Shown here one piece after another: positions 45,135 through 53,896 of a stretch of DNA of 64,000 nucleotides. The stretch lies in NCBI GenBank assembly GCA_027623015.1, contig JAQBVR010000001.1, positions 14,773-78,772 of the forward strand, written 5' to 3'. The DNA comes from a bacterium. Lineage in GTDB: Bacteria > Patescibacteriota > Gracilibacteria > Peribacterales > Peribacteraceae. Under the pieces are notes generated by a model. The model was not told the DNA's origin. It saw nothing but the letters and a program-made list of their open reading frames with translations, and searched no databases. The position numbers and the translations under genes are program-made. Position 1 is the first letter of the stretch; every line of letters begins with the position of its first letter.

Positions 45135-45383
45135 TTATTTTTTGTACTCACCCCACGCAGACCACAGAGCGCTGATAGTTGCTGCAAAAAAGAGGTATGA
45201 TAGCTTTTCTGAAGACACACCGAAGTTGTATAGTTTACTCAAGTCGTAAAAGACATAAACGACAAATGTGAAGGTAAGTCCGTAAAAATACGATTTACCT
45301 CGTAAGGCAATGAGAAAAAACAATACAGCTATAGCTGCCTCAAAGACAATGGAAAGGAGCTGTAGGTAATTCACACTATGCAT
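45135..45383 (-). CDS. Small three-helix membrane protein
   Basis: 82 aa with three hydrophobic segments. No motif recognised. Confidence 0.45.
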   Translation of the reverse strand: MHSVNYLQLLSIVFEAAIAVLFFLIALRGKSYFYGLTFTFVVYVFYDLSKLYNFGVSSEKLSYLFFAATISALWSAWGEYKK

Positions 45384-45422
45384 CTTAGCATAGAGTTACG
45401 TTGACTCTATAGTTATTTTGAA

Positions 45423-45507
45423 TGGTGGGCCGGGAGGGATTCGAACCCCCGAAGGCGGAGCCGCCTGGTTTACAGCCAGGTGCGTTTGTCCACTTCGCTA
45501 CCGACCC
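45423..45507 (-). tRNA. tRNA-Tyr (anticodon GTA), class II, CCA encoded
   Basis: The minus strand reads GGGTCGG TA GCGAAGTGGACAAACGC A CCTGG-CTGTAAA-CCAGG, then a long variable arm, then GGGGG-TTCGAAT-CCCTC CCGGCCC ACCA. Confidence 0.9.
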
Positions 45508-45567
45508 ACAATTGAATTCGAGCTAAGTCCGAGCCTGTAAGGCGATGGACAAAGCCGAAGATACTAT

Positions 45568-45626
45568 GTCCGCCGAAGCTTGCTTGCTGGCCATAGCATG
45601 TAGTGCGACGGCTGGCGTAGGCGGAC
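45568..45626 (-). other. GC-clamped hairpin in the tRNA-Tyr leader, related to the tRNA-Leu leader hairpins
   Basis: The minus strand reads GTCCGCC-TACG-(37 nt)-CTTCG-GCGGAC. This is a perfect 7-bp outer stem with the same TACG / CTTCG junctions as the Leu-leader hairpins. Confidence 0.5.
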
Positions 45627-45871
45627 AAATACAGATAAAGAGCAGATGTGGACAAATTATGTAAGCCCACATCGCTATTGTAACCAAAAAGCCCAGAGCT
45701 ACAAGGAAAGATGGAAGAAGATTAGAGATATCCCATTGAACTCATCTTAAAAACTGTAATCCATACCCCATTTCGGAGCTGTCGTCGCTTGAATATGGTT
45801 AATAATTGACTATAATAGAGGTGTTATTTCTTTCCCAATTTCTATCTATGTGCAAGGGATAAAAACTCTTT

Positions 45872-45905
45872 AAGAGCGGATAACACACTCGTGTTATCCG
45901 CTCTT
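45872..45905 (+). promoter_or_regulatory. Perfect 15-bp inverted repeat (4-nt loop) immediately upstream of the methyltransferase -10 box; candidate operator or 5' hairpin
   Basis: AAGAGCGGATAACAC-ACTC-GTGTTATCCGCTCTT, followed by TTCTTC TAAT CTACTTCT ATG. Confidence 0.5.
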
Positions 45906-45923
45906 TTCTTCTAATCTACTTCT

Positions 45924-46643
45924 ATGGATAACTACGATGCATTTGCCCCTTTTTACGACACAATTCTCGGTGTCAGAAAAGAGCGAGTAGTGGAATTCAT
46001 CACTCCCCTGCTACAAAAACACGCACCAAAAGCTACTTCTCTTCTAGAAATTGCCTGTGGTACTGGGAACATCATGGGAGAGTACAAAGACACCTATGAG
46101 GTAGCTGGATTAGATCTTTCTCCTTGCATGATCAAGGTTGCGAAGGAAAAGTTTCCGGATGTAGATGTGAGAGTAGAAACTATGACCGAGTTTGACTTTG
46201 GCAGATCATTTGACATCATTATTTGCTTATTTGATTCCATCAACCATCTTGCGTCCTTTGAAGAATGGGAACAGACATTCGCTTCTGCACATAAGCATTT
46301 GAATACTGGAGGTATTCTATTATTTGATATGAATACAAAGGCTCAATTTGATCGTTACCGTGGAAGAGACCCCCTTGGGAGACAGTACGGAAATGATTTT
46401 GTGATTATGGAAGAAGTTGACGGCGAGAACGACATGGAATCGTACTCAAACTTTAAGATTTTTGCTCAAGGAGATGATGGCAAGTACACAATGCATGAAG
46501 AACATCTTCGTGAGCGAACATATCCAATGGCTCAGGTATCTGCATCCCTCGATAGTCTCTTCTCATCTGTATCTATCTATACAGAAAAAGGTAAGCCTGT
46601 TAGCGACACTACTGAGAGGCTGTACTTTGTGTGTGAGAAGTGA
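45924..46643 (+). CDS. Class I SAM-dependent methyltransferase
   Basis: Motif I LLEIACGTGNIMGE, post-I AGLDLSPCMIKVA, and motif II-like IICLFDSINHL. Confidence 0.8.
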   Translation: MDNYDAFAPFYDTILGVRKERVVEFITPLLQKHAPKATSLLEIACGTGNIMGEYKDTYEVAGLDLSPCMIKVAKEKFPDVDVRVETMTEFDFGRSFDIIICLFDSINHLASFEEWEQTFASAHKHLNTGGILLFDMNTKAQFDRYRGRDPLGRQYGNDFVIMEEVDGENDMESYSNFKIFAQGDDGKYTMHEEHLRERTYPMAQVSASLDSLFSSVSIYTEKGKPVSDTTERLYFVCEK

Positions 46644-46794
46644 TGATGGGATCAAAATAGCAAAATGCAAATAACAGATGTCAAACAAATGCCAAAGCGC
46701 AAATCAACAAATTACAAACCATTGCCCACTGAATTATTTACTTTTTACAGTTAATATTTGAGCTAATAGCGCGTAAGGTGTACGTTAGTACACT

Positions 46795-47142
46795 ATGCAA
46801 CCATCAGCAAAAGCACCATATGATCTAGAATAGCGAACATTGGCGTTTGCTATTTCTGTAAGAGACTATGTGAAAATTTTAGATCAAAGCATATCGAACA
46901 AAGTATATATTAACCAGATAGTCAGATCTTCATCCTCTATAGCAGCGAACTACATCGAAGCAAATGAAGCGATGAGTAAGAAAGATTTTATTAAACATGT
47001 AAGAATTTCATTAAAAGAATCAAGAGAAACAGTGCATTGGCTCCATTTATTAGATACCAATTATAATCAAAAGCTATTATCACTCATTGATGAAGTACAT
47101 CAGATAACAAGAATACTTTCAGCAATACTGCAAAAAGTTTGA
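46795..47142 (+). pseudogene. Four-helix-bundle protein gene (23S rRNA intervening-sequence protein family) interrupted by an in-frame TAG
   Basis: ATG 46795 gives MQPSAKAPYDLE, then TAG (46831..46833), then RTLAFAISVRDYVK...SIAANYIEANEAMSKKDFIKHVRISLKESRETVHWLHLL. Together these reconstruct the family's usual YDLEERT..FA N-terminus and the NIAEG/S..E core. Confidence 0.65.
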
Positions 47143-47222
47143 GCAAAGACATTAAAGTAACAAATTGCATAGCACTCTCTGTTTGCTGTTTTCTATTTGC
47201 AATTTGTATTTTGCAATTTCCG

Positions 47223-48440
47223 TCACCCCTCCCACCTAATAGCCTCCATCGGACTCAAGGCTGCTGCTTTTCTGGCTGGGTAGAGCCCAAATGCTACTCC
47301 TATGACTCCTGCCATAAGTGCAGCTGCGAGGACGGCTGGGAGAGACATAGCAAAGGAAATGTCTCCAAGGAACTTGCCTGCTACTGCTGTCAGTACGAGG
47401 CCTAGAAGCAGAGCACCGATAATACCTATAACTCCTCCTGCAATAGTAAGAGCAACTGCTTCTATGAGGAACTGGAAGAGGATGTCCTGCCTACGTGCAC
47501 CAAGCGCTTTACGTAACCCTATCTCTCTAGTGCGCTCAGCAACAGATACGAGCATGATGTTCATGATCCCGATACCACCTACGAGGAGAGAAATACCTGC
47601 AATAAGGCCCATAAATGCAGTAAGCCCTAGGCTAACAGAGTTGATGATCTCCGTAACTTGCTCTGAGCTTCGCACAAGAAAGTCGTCTTTGTCTGGATCA
47701 TCTTCTGGGTTTCGGATGCTATGGCGCTTTCGCAATATTGTCTTTATATCTTGCTGTGCTAGCTTATCATCTCCAACTGCAAGGAGATTTATATAACTTA
47801 AATACCGCTGACCAGTTACTGAGCGTGCTGTGCTATAGGGTACGTAGACAAATTCATCGAGGTCTTGGAGAAGCAGTGATCCTACAGTTTTCAATGTACC
47901 GATAACTGTGTAAAACCTTTCTCCTATACGTATGCGTTCTCCAATAGGGTTTGCATTCCCAAATAGATTTTCTGCAGTCTCAGATGCAAGAACTGCTACA
48001 GAGCTTGCGGACTTCACATCTCTCTCATCGATGAACCGTCCTAGGTCGAGCTTGAGACCATAGTTTCTCTGGATCTCTTTCGTCGTACCAAATACCATCG
48101 GAGATGCCTCTTCTGTGCCGTAGGTTATCTTCTCTGTGACTATTATAACAGGAGCGATGCTTTCGACTGTAGAAAGTCTTTTGACTGCTTCATAGTCTTC
48201 GAACTTTAGACTATCGAGAGTCTGGCCAAACTTTTCAAACCCTGTGGGGTAGAGGTCTATTGCTCCGCCACCAAATGAATCTATCTGATCTAAGATGTAC
48301 CCCTCGAAGCTTCGTCCTACCGAGACCATGAGCACCACAGAACCAACTCCGATGATGATACCAAGCATTGTCAGCGCTGAACGCATCTTATTGATGGTTA
48401 GTGCTCTAGCCGATGTACGGATGGTATCGCGAAGTTTCAT
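47223..48440 (-). CDS. ABC transporter permease, MacB/FtsX type
   Basis: N-terminal TM helix (ALTMLGIIIGVGSVVLMVSVG), a large extracytoplasmic domain, and a C-terminal FtsX module (ERTREIGLRKALGARRQDILFQFLIEAV). Confidence 0.85.
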   Translation of the reverse strand: MKLRDTIRTSARALTINKMRSALTMLGIIIGVGSVVLMVSVGRSFEGYILDQIDSFGGGAIDLYPTGFEKFGQTLDSLKFEDYEAVKRLSTVESIAPVIIVTEKITYGTEEASPMVFGTTKEIQRNYGLKLDLGRFIDERDVKSASSVAVLASETAENLFGNANPIGERIRIGERFYTVIGTLKTVGSLLLQDLDEFVYVPYSTARSVTGQRYLSYINLLAVGDDKLAQQDIKTILRKRHSIRNPEDDPDKDDFLVRSSEQVTEIINSVSLGLTAFMGLIAGISLLVGGIGIMNIMLVSVAERTREIGLRKALGARRQDILFQFLIEAVALTIAGGVIGIIGALLLGLVLTAVAGKFLGDISFAMSLPAVLAAALMAGVIGVAFGLYPARKAAALSPMEAIRWEG

Positions 48441-48441
48441 A

Positions 48442-49671
48442 CTATTCGTAACGAAGGGCGGTCATAGGAGACAAATTTGCTGCTTTTCGTGCTGGGTAGA
48501 TACCAAAGATCAATCCTGTAGATGCAGCCATAGCCATAGCCAGACCCATGGCAGGTATAGAGTAGGCAAATGTATATGCTGCAAAGAACTTCTCTAGCAC
48601 TGCAGCGATGAGTGCAGAGAGTCCAAACCCGAGTACTAAGCCTATAACACCTGCGATAAGTGTTAGCAGAACTGCCTCGATAAGAAATTGCAGTAAGACA
48701 TCACTTTTGCGTGCTCCAACTGCTTTGCGCAGTCCTATCTCTCGTGTGCGTTCTGTTACTGCCACCAGCATGATGTTCATGATCCCTATGCCTCCAACGA
48801 TGAGGGAGATACCAGCGATCATGGTGATGAACATGGTTATGCCAAGGGACACAGAGCCAAGGATCTCACTGGCCTGTGCGGAGCTTCGTACAATGAAGTC
48901 ATCTTTGTCTGAGTCGTCTTCGGGGTTTTGTATGTCATGCCGTCTACGGAGTACAGACTTTACCTCTGAAATTGCGACATCAAATGACTCTGAAGCTTGA
49001 AGAGTTACGAAGTTTACATACTTCTGACTTGTGACTGCTTTTGCCGTGCTGAGTGGAACGAAGATGCGCTCATCAAAGTTTTGGAAAAACTGAGAGCCCA
49101 CAGGTTCGAGGATACCTATGACAGTAAAGCTTCTGTCATTGATCTTTACCTTCTGGCCTAGTGGATCACTCACACCAAAGAGATCTATAGCACTGTCTTT
49201 ACCGAGTACGGCAACTGAACGCGCACCCTCTATGTCTCTCGACTCAATGATGCGACCTCTTGCTGCAGTGACATCTTGGTTTTTGAAGTAGTTTGGGACA
49301 ACACCAGAGATCATGGGCGAGACCTGTTCTCGACCATAGGTAACCTTTCCAGGGATCAAAACAATCGGCGAGATACTTTCGATAGCAGAAAGCTTCTGTA
49401 GAACTTCGATGTCCTCAAATGTTAATTTATCACTCCCTGTTGTCGCTACTGCACCCCCAGGACCTGCTTGTTGCCCAGGAAAAATGACCATGCTTTTACT
49501 TCCAAGGGAGCTGATCTGGCCCAAGATTAGCTCTTCCATACTTGCGCCCACTGCTGTCATCAGAACTACAGAACCTACACCTATGATGATACCGAGCATC
49601 GTAAGAGCACTGCGACGTCCGTTTGTCGTAATTGCGATGATGGCCGTATGCAATGTGTCGCGTAGTCGCAT
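48442..49671 (-). CDS. ABC transporter permease, MacB/FtsX type (second paralogue)
   Basis: ATG 49671 gives MRLRDTLHTAIIAITTNGRRSALTMLGIIIGVGSVV. FtsX module: TERTREIGLRKAVGARKSDVLLQFLIEAV. The listed start 49791 overlaps the ATPase gene. Confidence 0.85.
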   Translation of the reverse strand: MRLRDTLHTAIIAITTNGRRSALTMLGIIIGVGSVVLMTAVGASMEELILGQISSLGSKSMVIFPGQQAGPGGAVATTGSDKLTFEDIEVLQKLSAIESISPIVLIPGKVTYGREQVSPMISGVVPNYFKNQDVTAARGRIIESRDIEGARSVAVLGKDSAIDLFGVSDPLGQKVKINDRSFTVIGILEPVGSQFFQNFDERIFVPLSTAKAVTSQKYVNFVTLQASESFDVAISEVKSVLRRRHDIQNPEDDSDKDDFIVRSSAQASEILGSVSLGITMFITMIAGISLIVGGIGIMNIMLVAVTERTREIGLRKAVGARKSDVLLQFLIEAVLLTLIAGVIGLVLGFGLSALIAAVLEKFFAAYTFAYSIPAMGLAMAMAASTGLIFGIYPARKAANLSPMTALRYE

Positions 49672-49672
49672 A

Positions 49673-50404
49673 CTACTTAAGAGTGTTACTCTTCTTTGCA
49701 ATGATGCGTTTGAAGTTGGTGCTATCTTTGTCGACTTTTCCATCCAGCAGCTGGATGATGCGCTGGGCATGCTGTGCAGTAGACATCTCATGTGTCACAA
49801 GAATGATGGTATGACCTTGTTTGTGCAGATCTTGCAGAACCTCCATCACTGCAACTCCAGACTTACTATCGAGGTTACCTGTTGGCTCATCTGCAAATAT
49901 CAAGTCTGGCTCTGTTACGAGAGACCGTGCTATAGCGACACGCTGTTGCTGGCCACCAGAGAGTTGGTTCGTTAAATAATCTGCCCTATCGGTTAGACCA
50001 ACTTTCTCAATTGCTTTTCGTGCCCTGTCTTCTCTTTCATATACTGGAATGGTTGGATGATAAAGCAAAGGAAGCATCACATTATCCAATACAGAGGTCC
50101 TCGGCAAAAGGTTAAACGCCTGGAAGACGAAACTTACTCGTGTCGCTCGGATCTGTGCAAGCTCATCGTCAGACATGGTCCGTGTAGGTTTTCCACGAAA
50201 TAGATACTGACCACTCGTGATGTTATCGAGAAATCCTAAGATGTGCATAAGTGTAGATTTACCTGAACCCGATGGCCCCATGATAGACACAAACTCTCCT
50301 TCTTGAATGGTAAGGTCTAGATCAAATAAAACTGGTGTCTCTAGCTCCTCATTGAAATACGATTTACAGAGAGCCTTTGTTTGAATCAAGGGTACTTTTG
50401 GCAT
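49673..50404 (-). CDS. ABC transporter ATP-binding protein (MacB/LolD-like)
   Basis: Walker [10 protein letters not shown], signature [15 protein letters not shown], Walker [13 protein letters not shown], and H-loop VTHE. Confidence 0.92.
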   Translation of the reverse strand: MPKVPLIQTKALCKSYFNEELETPVLFDLDLTIQEGEFVSIMGPSGSGKSTLMHILGFLDNITSGQYLFRGKPTRTMSDDELAQIRATRVSFVFQAFNLLPRTSVLDNVMLPLLYHPTIPVYEREDRARKAIEKVGLTDRADYLTNQLSGGQQQRVAIARSLVTEPDLIFADEPTGNLDSKSGVAVMEVLQDLHKQGHTIILVTHEMSTAQHAQRIIQLLDGKVDKDSTNFKRIIAKKSNTLK

Positions 50405-50407
50405 TTT

Positions 50408-50456
50408 TGGGATTTGGGATTTCGTCGTTGGGATTTGGGATTTGGTTCTTGGAATT
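50408..50456. repeat. Seven phased heptamers between the HlyD-like gene and the ABC ATPase gene
   Basis: TGGGATT TGGGATT TCGTCGT TGGGATT TGGGATT TGGTTCT TGGAATT (plus-strand reading). Confidence 0.9.
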
Positions 50457-50462
50457 TAGTAG

Positions 50463-52256
50463 TTAGTCTTTTATCAACAGTATCACCTCTTCACCTATTG
50501 AAAGGCCAGAGAGGATCTCCATCTCTGTATCAGTTTCCATACCAACATCAACGATACGTTCTTCGTATTCTTGTTCACCAGTCCGTACACGAACGACGTT
50601 GTTATCTATGACTGCTCGTGCAGGTACATAGATTGTATCTACACGTACATCGGTAATGATGTCAACATCTCCTGTCATTCCTATCTTCAAGCTGTCCTCT
50701 TCGTCGTCTATGAAGTCGAGCTTGATACGATACTTTGGCACACCATCAATATCCGTCGCTGCGGGGTCTATCTCTGTCACACTTAAGAAAAAGTCACGGT
50801 TTGGGTATGCATCTAACGCTATTACACCAGTCTGCGAGTATGTAACCTTCGGTATGTCGATCTCAGAAACATGCACCTCTATACGATATGGACTGTCGCC
50901 AAGCATTGTTATAGAGCGAGAGGTGTTGTCGAAATCCCCCGTAAATTCCCCTTCTTTAAGAGATACTTTTGTGATGCTTCCTGCTATCGGTGCACGGAGG
51001 ATATGGTCTTCATACTGTGCTTGTACACGACGTACATCTGCATATGCTTGGTTTACACGTGCCTTCGATGCATCGATGTCTGCTTGGCGTGTTCCTGCTT
51101 TTCTTAGTTCTAGTTGTGCCTCTTGGATACGTAGTGATGTCTGGAACGTAAGGATGTCTGCAAGTGCAGTATCTTTCTTTCCTTGTGCGATCGATACATT
51201 GCCATCCTCTGTTGCTATCTGTGTTCGGTAGTTTGCAGATGCATCTTGTAGAGACTTGATAGCACTATCGATAGACTTGATTGCGTCTTGTACAGTATCT
51301 CGCTCTGTTGCAATTGTATTTTTTTGTGTCTCTTTCACAGAAACAGAGAAATATGATGTTGGATTCAGTGAAAGAATAACAGCATATGCTTTATTCGCTG
51401 CTTCTGATGTCTGTGTTAGTGCATCACGTGTAGTACGCAGTCCGCTCAAAGCATCTGCGTAATGTGTAAGCGGTGCTATGCGTGATGTTTGAAGTAATAC
51501 ATTTTCAGCAAGTTTCTTTGTGATGCTGTACTCATCAAAGGTACGCGCCTGTTGAAATTCAACTGCATTTTCTACGATAGTAGTCTGGAATACATCATCG
51601 AAAACGTTTAATGAGTTTTGTGCAGTGGTGATTTGCTCGGAAATGGTACTTCGTGCTGTTTGTACATAGCCAATAAGCCCAATATCCGTCTCTAAGTTTA
51701 GCTCTTTAAGCTTACGTAAAGAGTTCTCTAGGTTTGCCTCGGCACTTTCAAGAGTAGCCTGTGCAGCTTGCAGTGATGCTTTTTTGTTCTCTACCTCCGC
51801 TTGAGTGATAGCGATGTCCTCTGGGCGAGCCCCCTCCTCGAGAGCGCGAAGCTCTGCACGTGCTGCCTGCAATTTAGCTGATGCAGATGCAACGTCTGCA
51901 GAGATGCTTGTTGTACGGAGAAGCGCTAGTTCCTGACCTACGATCACAATATCACCTTCATCGACAAGAACTTGCTCTACGAGACCTGTAAGTGGGAATT
52001 TGAGATCAAGATCCTTTTCGGAGATCACAGAGCCCACAGCTTCTACTGTCTGGTACAAGTCCCCTCTTTCTACTTCTGCAGTGATGAACTCCACTTTGTC
52101 AGGAGCCATGATGAACATCGTCAATGCTACAGCTGGTACACCGATAACTACCAAAAGTATCGTTTTGATCTTATGCGAATGCAGGAACTTCAATACAAAG
52201 CGTATTGGGTGGAATACTGTCTGAATGACCGATGATAAACGTGTAGATAGAGTCAT
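50463..52256 (-). CDS. HlyD/MacA-type periplasmic adaptor with unusually long coiled-coil
   Basis: N-terminal TM helix. Lipoyl-like motif VLVDEGDIVIVGQELALL. Long heptad-rich region. Beta-barrel/MP domain with GMTGDVDIITDVRVDTIYVPARAV. Confidence 0.8.
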   Translation of the reverse strand: MTLSTRLSSVIQTVFHPIRFVLKFLHSHKIKTILLVVIGVPAVALTMFIMAPDKVEFITAEVERGDLYQTVEAVGSVISEKDLDLKFPLTGLVEQVLVDEGDIVIVGQELALLRTTSISADVASASAKLQAARAELRALEEGARPEDIAITQAEVENKKASLQAAQATLESAEANLENSLRKLKELNLETDIGLIGYVQTARSTISEQITTAQNSLNVFDDVFQTTIVENAVEFQQARTFDEYSITKKLAENVLLQTSRIAPLTHYADALSGLRTTRDALTQTSEAANKAYAVILSLNPTSYFSVSVKETQKNTIATERDTVQDAIKSIDSAIKSLQDASANYRTQIATEDGNVSIAQGKKDTALADILTFQTSLRIQEAQLELRKAGTRQADIDASKARVNQAYADVRRVQAQYEDHILRAPIAGSITKVSLKEGEFTGDFDNTSRSITMLGDSPYRIEVHVSEIDIPKVTYSQTGVIALDAYPNRDFFLSVTEIDPAATDIDGVPKYRIKLDFIDDEEDSLKIGMTGDVDIITDVRVDTIYVPARAVIDNNVVRVRTGEQEYEERIVDVGMETDTEMEILSGLSIGEEVILLIKD

Positions 52257-52306
52257 ATGTACTATAATTATACAGCAATTTGGGCTTTTGCGCGATATTT
52301 CATGAA

Positions 52307-53137
52307 TTATTCAGCCTTCGTCTTCATTTCCCCTAAAGCAGTCTGAACAGCCGTTTCTATTGGACTGAGCTCAATCCCCTCTTTGGAAAGCTTTTCGCAG
52401 TTCAAAATACAGTTACTACGGCCAGCTTTTACCACGCTTGGAAGATCATCGAGTGTGAGCTTTTCAAACATATGTGAGGGGTCTACGATATCACGATATT
52501 TCTCCATGATCTGATACGGAGACATCGCTCCAGGATTCACGATGTTGTATATGCCAGTCGCTTTCTTTTCTATCAGTGCCTTCGCAGCGGCGAGAAAATC
52601 TGGGATGTATGTTATGGAGTTTGGCACGTCGAGCACTCGGTCGTACTTCTTGAGTTTAGCTATAAGTGTGCGTGGATTACCCGATCCATCGAACGGCATG
52701 CGGATACGGAGAATAAGTACAGGAAATTGATTGAGATACTGATCTATCTCGCCCTTGGTTTTAGAGTAAAAGCTTCCTGTAAAGTTTGGTATGTCCTCTT
52801 CTGTAAATCCACTACCTCCGTTGTCCCCTTCGTAGATACACCCCGAACTCATGTGCACCCAGTAGATGTTGCGCTTACCACATTCTTCAAGAAGCACTTT
52901 TGGTCCTGTCACATTACTATGGATCGTTTCCTCTTTATGGTCTTCACACCAATCGATGTTTGGCTTTCCTGTTTTACCAGCAGCGTTGATTACTACATCT
53001 GGCTTATGCTTTTCGAGCGCAGCAGCTACAGCTGTAGCGTCTGCTATGTCTATGGAACTGGCAATAGCTTCGTCTCCAAACAGTGAGAGAAACTGTGAGC
53101 CGATGTAGCCTTTTGCTCCGAAAATTAATACCTTCAT
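52307..53137 (-). CDS. NAD(P)-dependent 4-keto-6-deoxyhexose 3,5-epimerase/4-reductase of the NRS/ER (UER1) type, RmlD-related
   Basis: MKVLIFGAKGYIGSQ Rossmann start. AAGKTGKPNIDWCEDHKEETIHSNV, SSGCIYEGD, FTEEDIPNFTGSFYSKTKGEIDQYL and LRIRMP closely parallel plant NRS/ER blocks as I recall them (GRPNVDWCESHK, GCIFEYD, EEDxPNFTGSFYSKTKAMVEELL, LRVRMP). Confidence 0.8.
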   Translation of the reverse strand: MKVLIFGAKGYIGSQFLSLFGDEAIASSIDIADATAVAAALEKHKPDVVINAAGKTGKPNIDWCEDHKEETIHSNVTGPKVLLEECGKRNIYWVHMSSGCIYEGDNGGSGFTEEDIPNFTGSFYSKTKGEIDQYLNQFPVLILRIRMPFDGSGNPRTLIAKLKKYDRVLDVPNSITYIPDFLAAAKALIEKKATGIYNIVNPGAMSPYQIMEKYRDIVDPSHMFEKLTLDDLPSVVKAGRSNCILNCEKLSKEGIELSPIETAVQTALGEMKTKAE

Positions 53138-53384
53138 ATATGGAGTTTAGCGCTACTATCCTCTGTTCTCAATTTTACTTGACCTATTTTTTTGAAAGCA
53201 TACTATCGAATCATGAGCACTACATTAGAAACAGGCCCAAGTTGTATTGTTGTCAGTGGAGACGAAAACTACAAAGGTCTTAGGGGTTTTATGCGTAACT
53301 CTATACAATTGGCAGAAGAGAATGTACCCCCTAAGTGCTTTACCAGTGAAGAAGCTTAGATAATTTCTATTACTTTCATACGTA

Positions 53385-53843
53385 GTGAATTCTAAATCAG
53401 AATCAACGGCAGTGCCTACAATAGACACAGAACAATCAACTGGAGAGATGCTTGATCATCTTATCGCAAAATCTAAGGATTTTATCGTTCAACCAGATGA
53501 GACAAATGATTATCATCGTCACATTGATCCGGAATTTGCACAGGTCCTTGTAGGTAAGTTAAAAGAACAGCTATTGAGTGTTGAGATATTTGCTCTGCAT
53601 CAAGAAGTAAAAAACCGAATAATTTTGCTGAATTTAGGTATTATTATTCATGAATGGAGAACAGTGATTGCAAACTGCTTCAGAAGAGTCCAGTTCGGCC
53701 CTGCTACAGCAAAAGGCGGCATGCTTACTGCACAAAAAACATACGCTCAACTTCTTCAACGTGATGTTCTTGATGGGCTATATAGAGATGCCGAAACCCG
53801 TCTATGGGCTATTGATCAACCAGTAGAGCCTTACGAATTATAG
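53385..53843 (+). CDS. Hypothetical protein
   Basis: 152-aa ORF with a GTG start as listed. No motif recognised. Confidence 0.4.
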   Translation: MNSKSESTAVPTIDTEQSTGEMLDHLIAKSKDFIVQPDETNDYHRHIDPEFAQVLVGKLKEQLLSVEIFALHQEVKNRIILLNLGIIIHEWRTVIANCFRRVQFGPATAKGGMLTAQKTYAQLLQRDVLDGLYRDAETRLWAIDQPVEPYEL

Positions 53844-53881
53844 TCACTTGTCAAAAATCCATTTCGCGTTGATAGTAAATT

Positions 53882-53890
53882 TGTTACACT
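53882..53890 (+). promoter_or_regulatory. Extended -10 box TGTTACACT, 6 nt upstream of ftsK ATG
   Basis: The sequence reads TT TGTTACACT GTTTGT ATG. Confidence 0.45.
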
Positions 53891-53896
53891 GTTTGT

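Noticed and set aside
45470-45670. 66-aa minus-strand ORF.
   Set aside because: It is translated straight through tRNA-Tyr and its structured leader.
45872-45905. Resemblance of the palindrome to the E. coli lac operator or to cloning-vector sequence (shared GAGCGGATAACA).
   Set aside because: Only 12 nt match. The flanks differ from lacO and vector sequence, and the symmetry axis is different. No LacI-type gene is nearby. I treat it as coincidence while keeping the palindrome itself as a finding.
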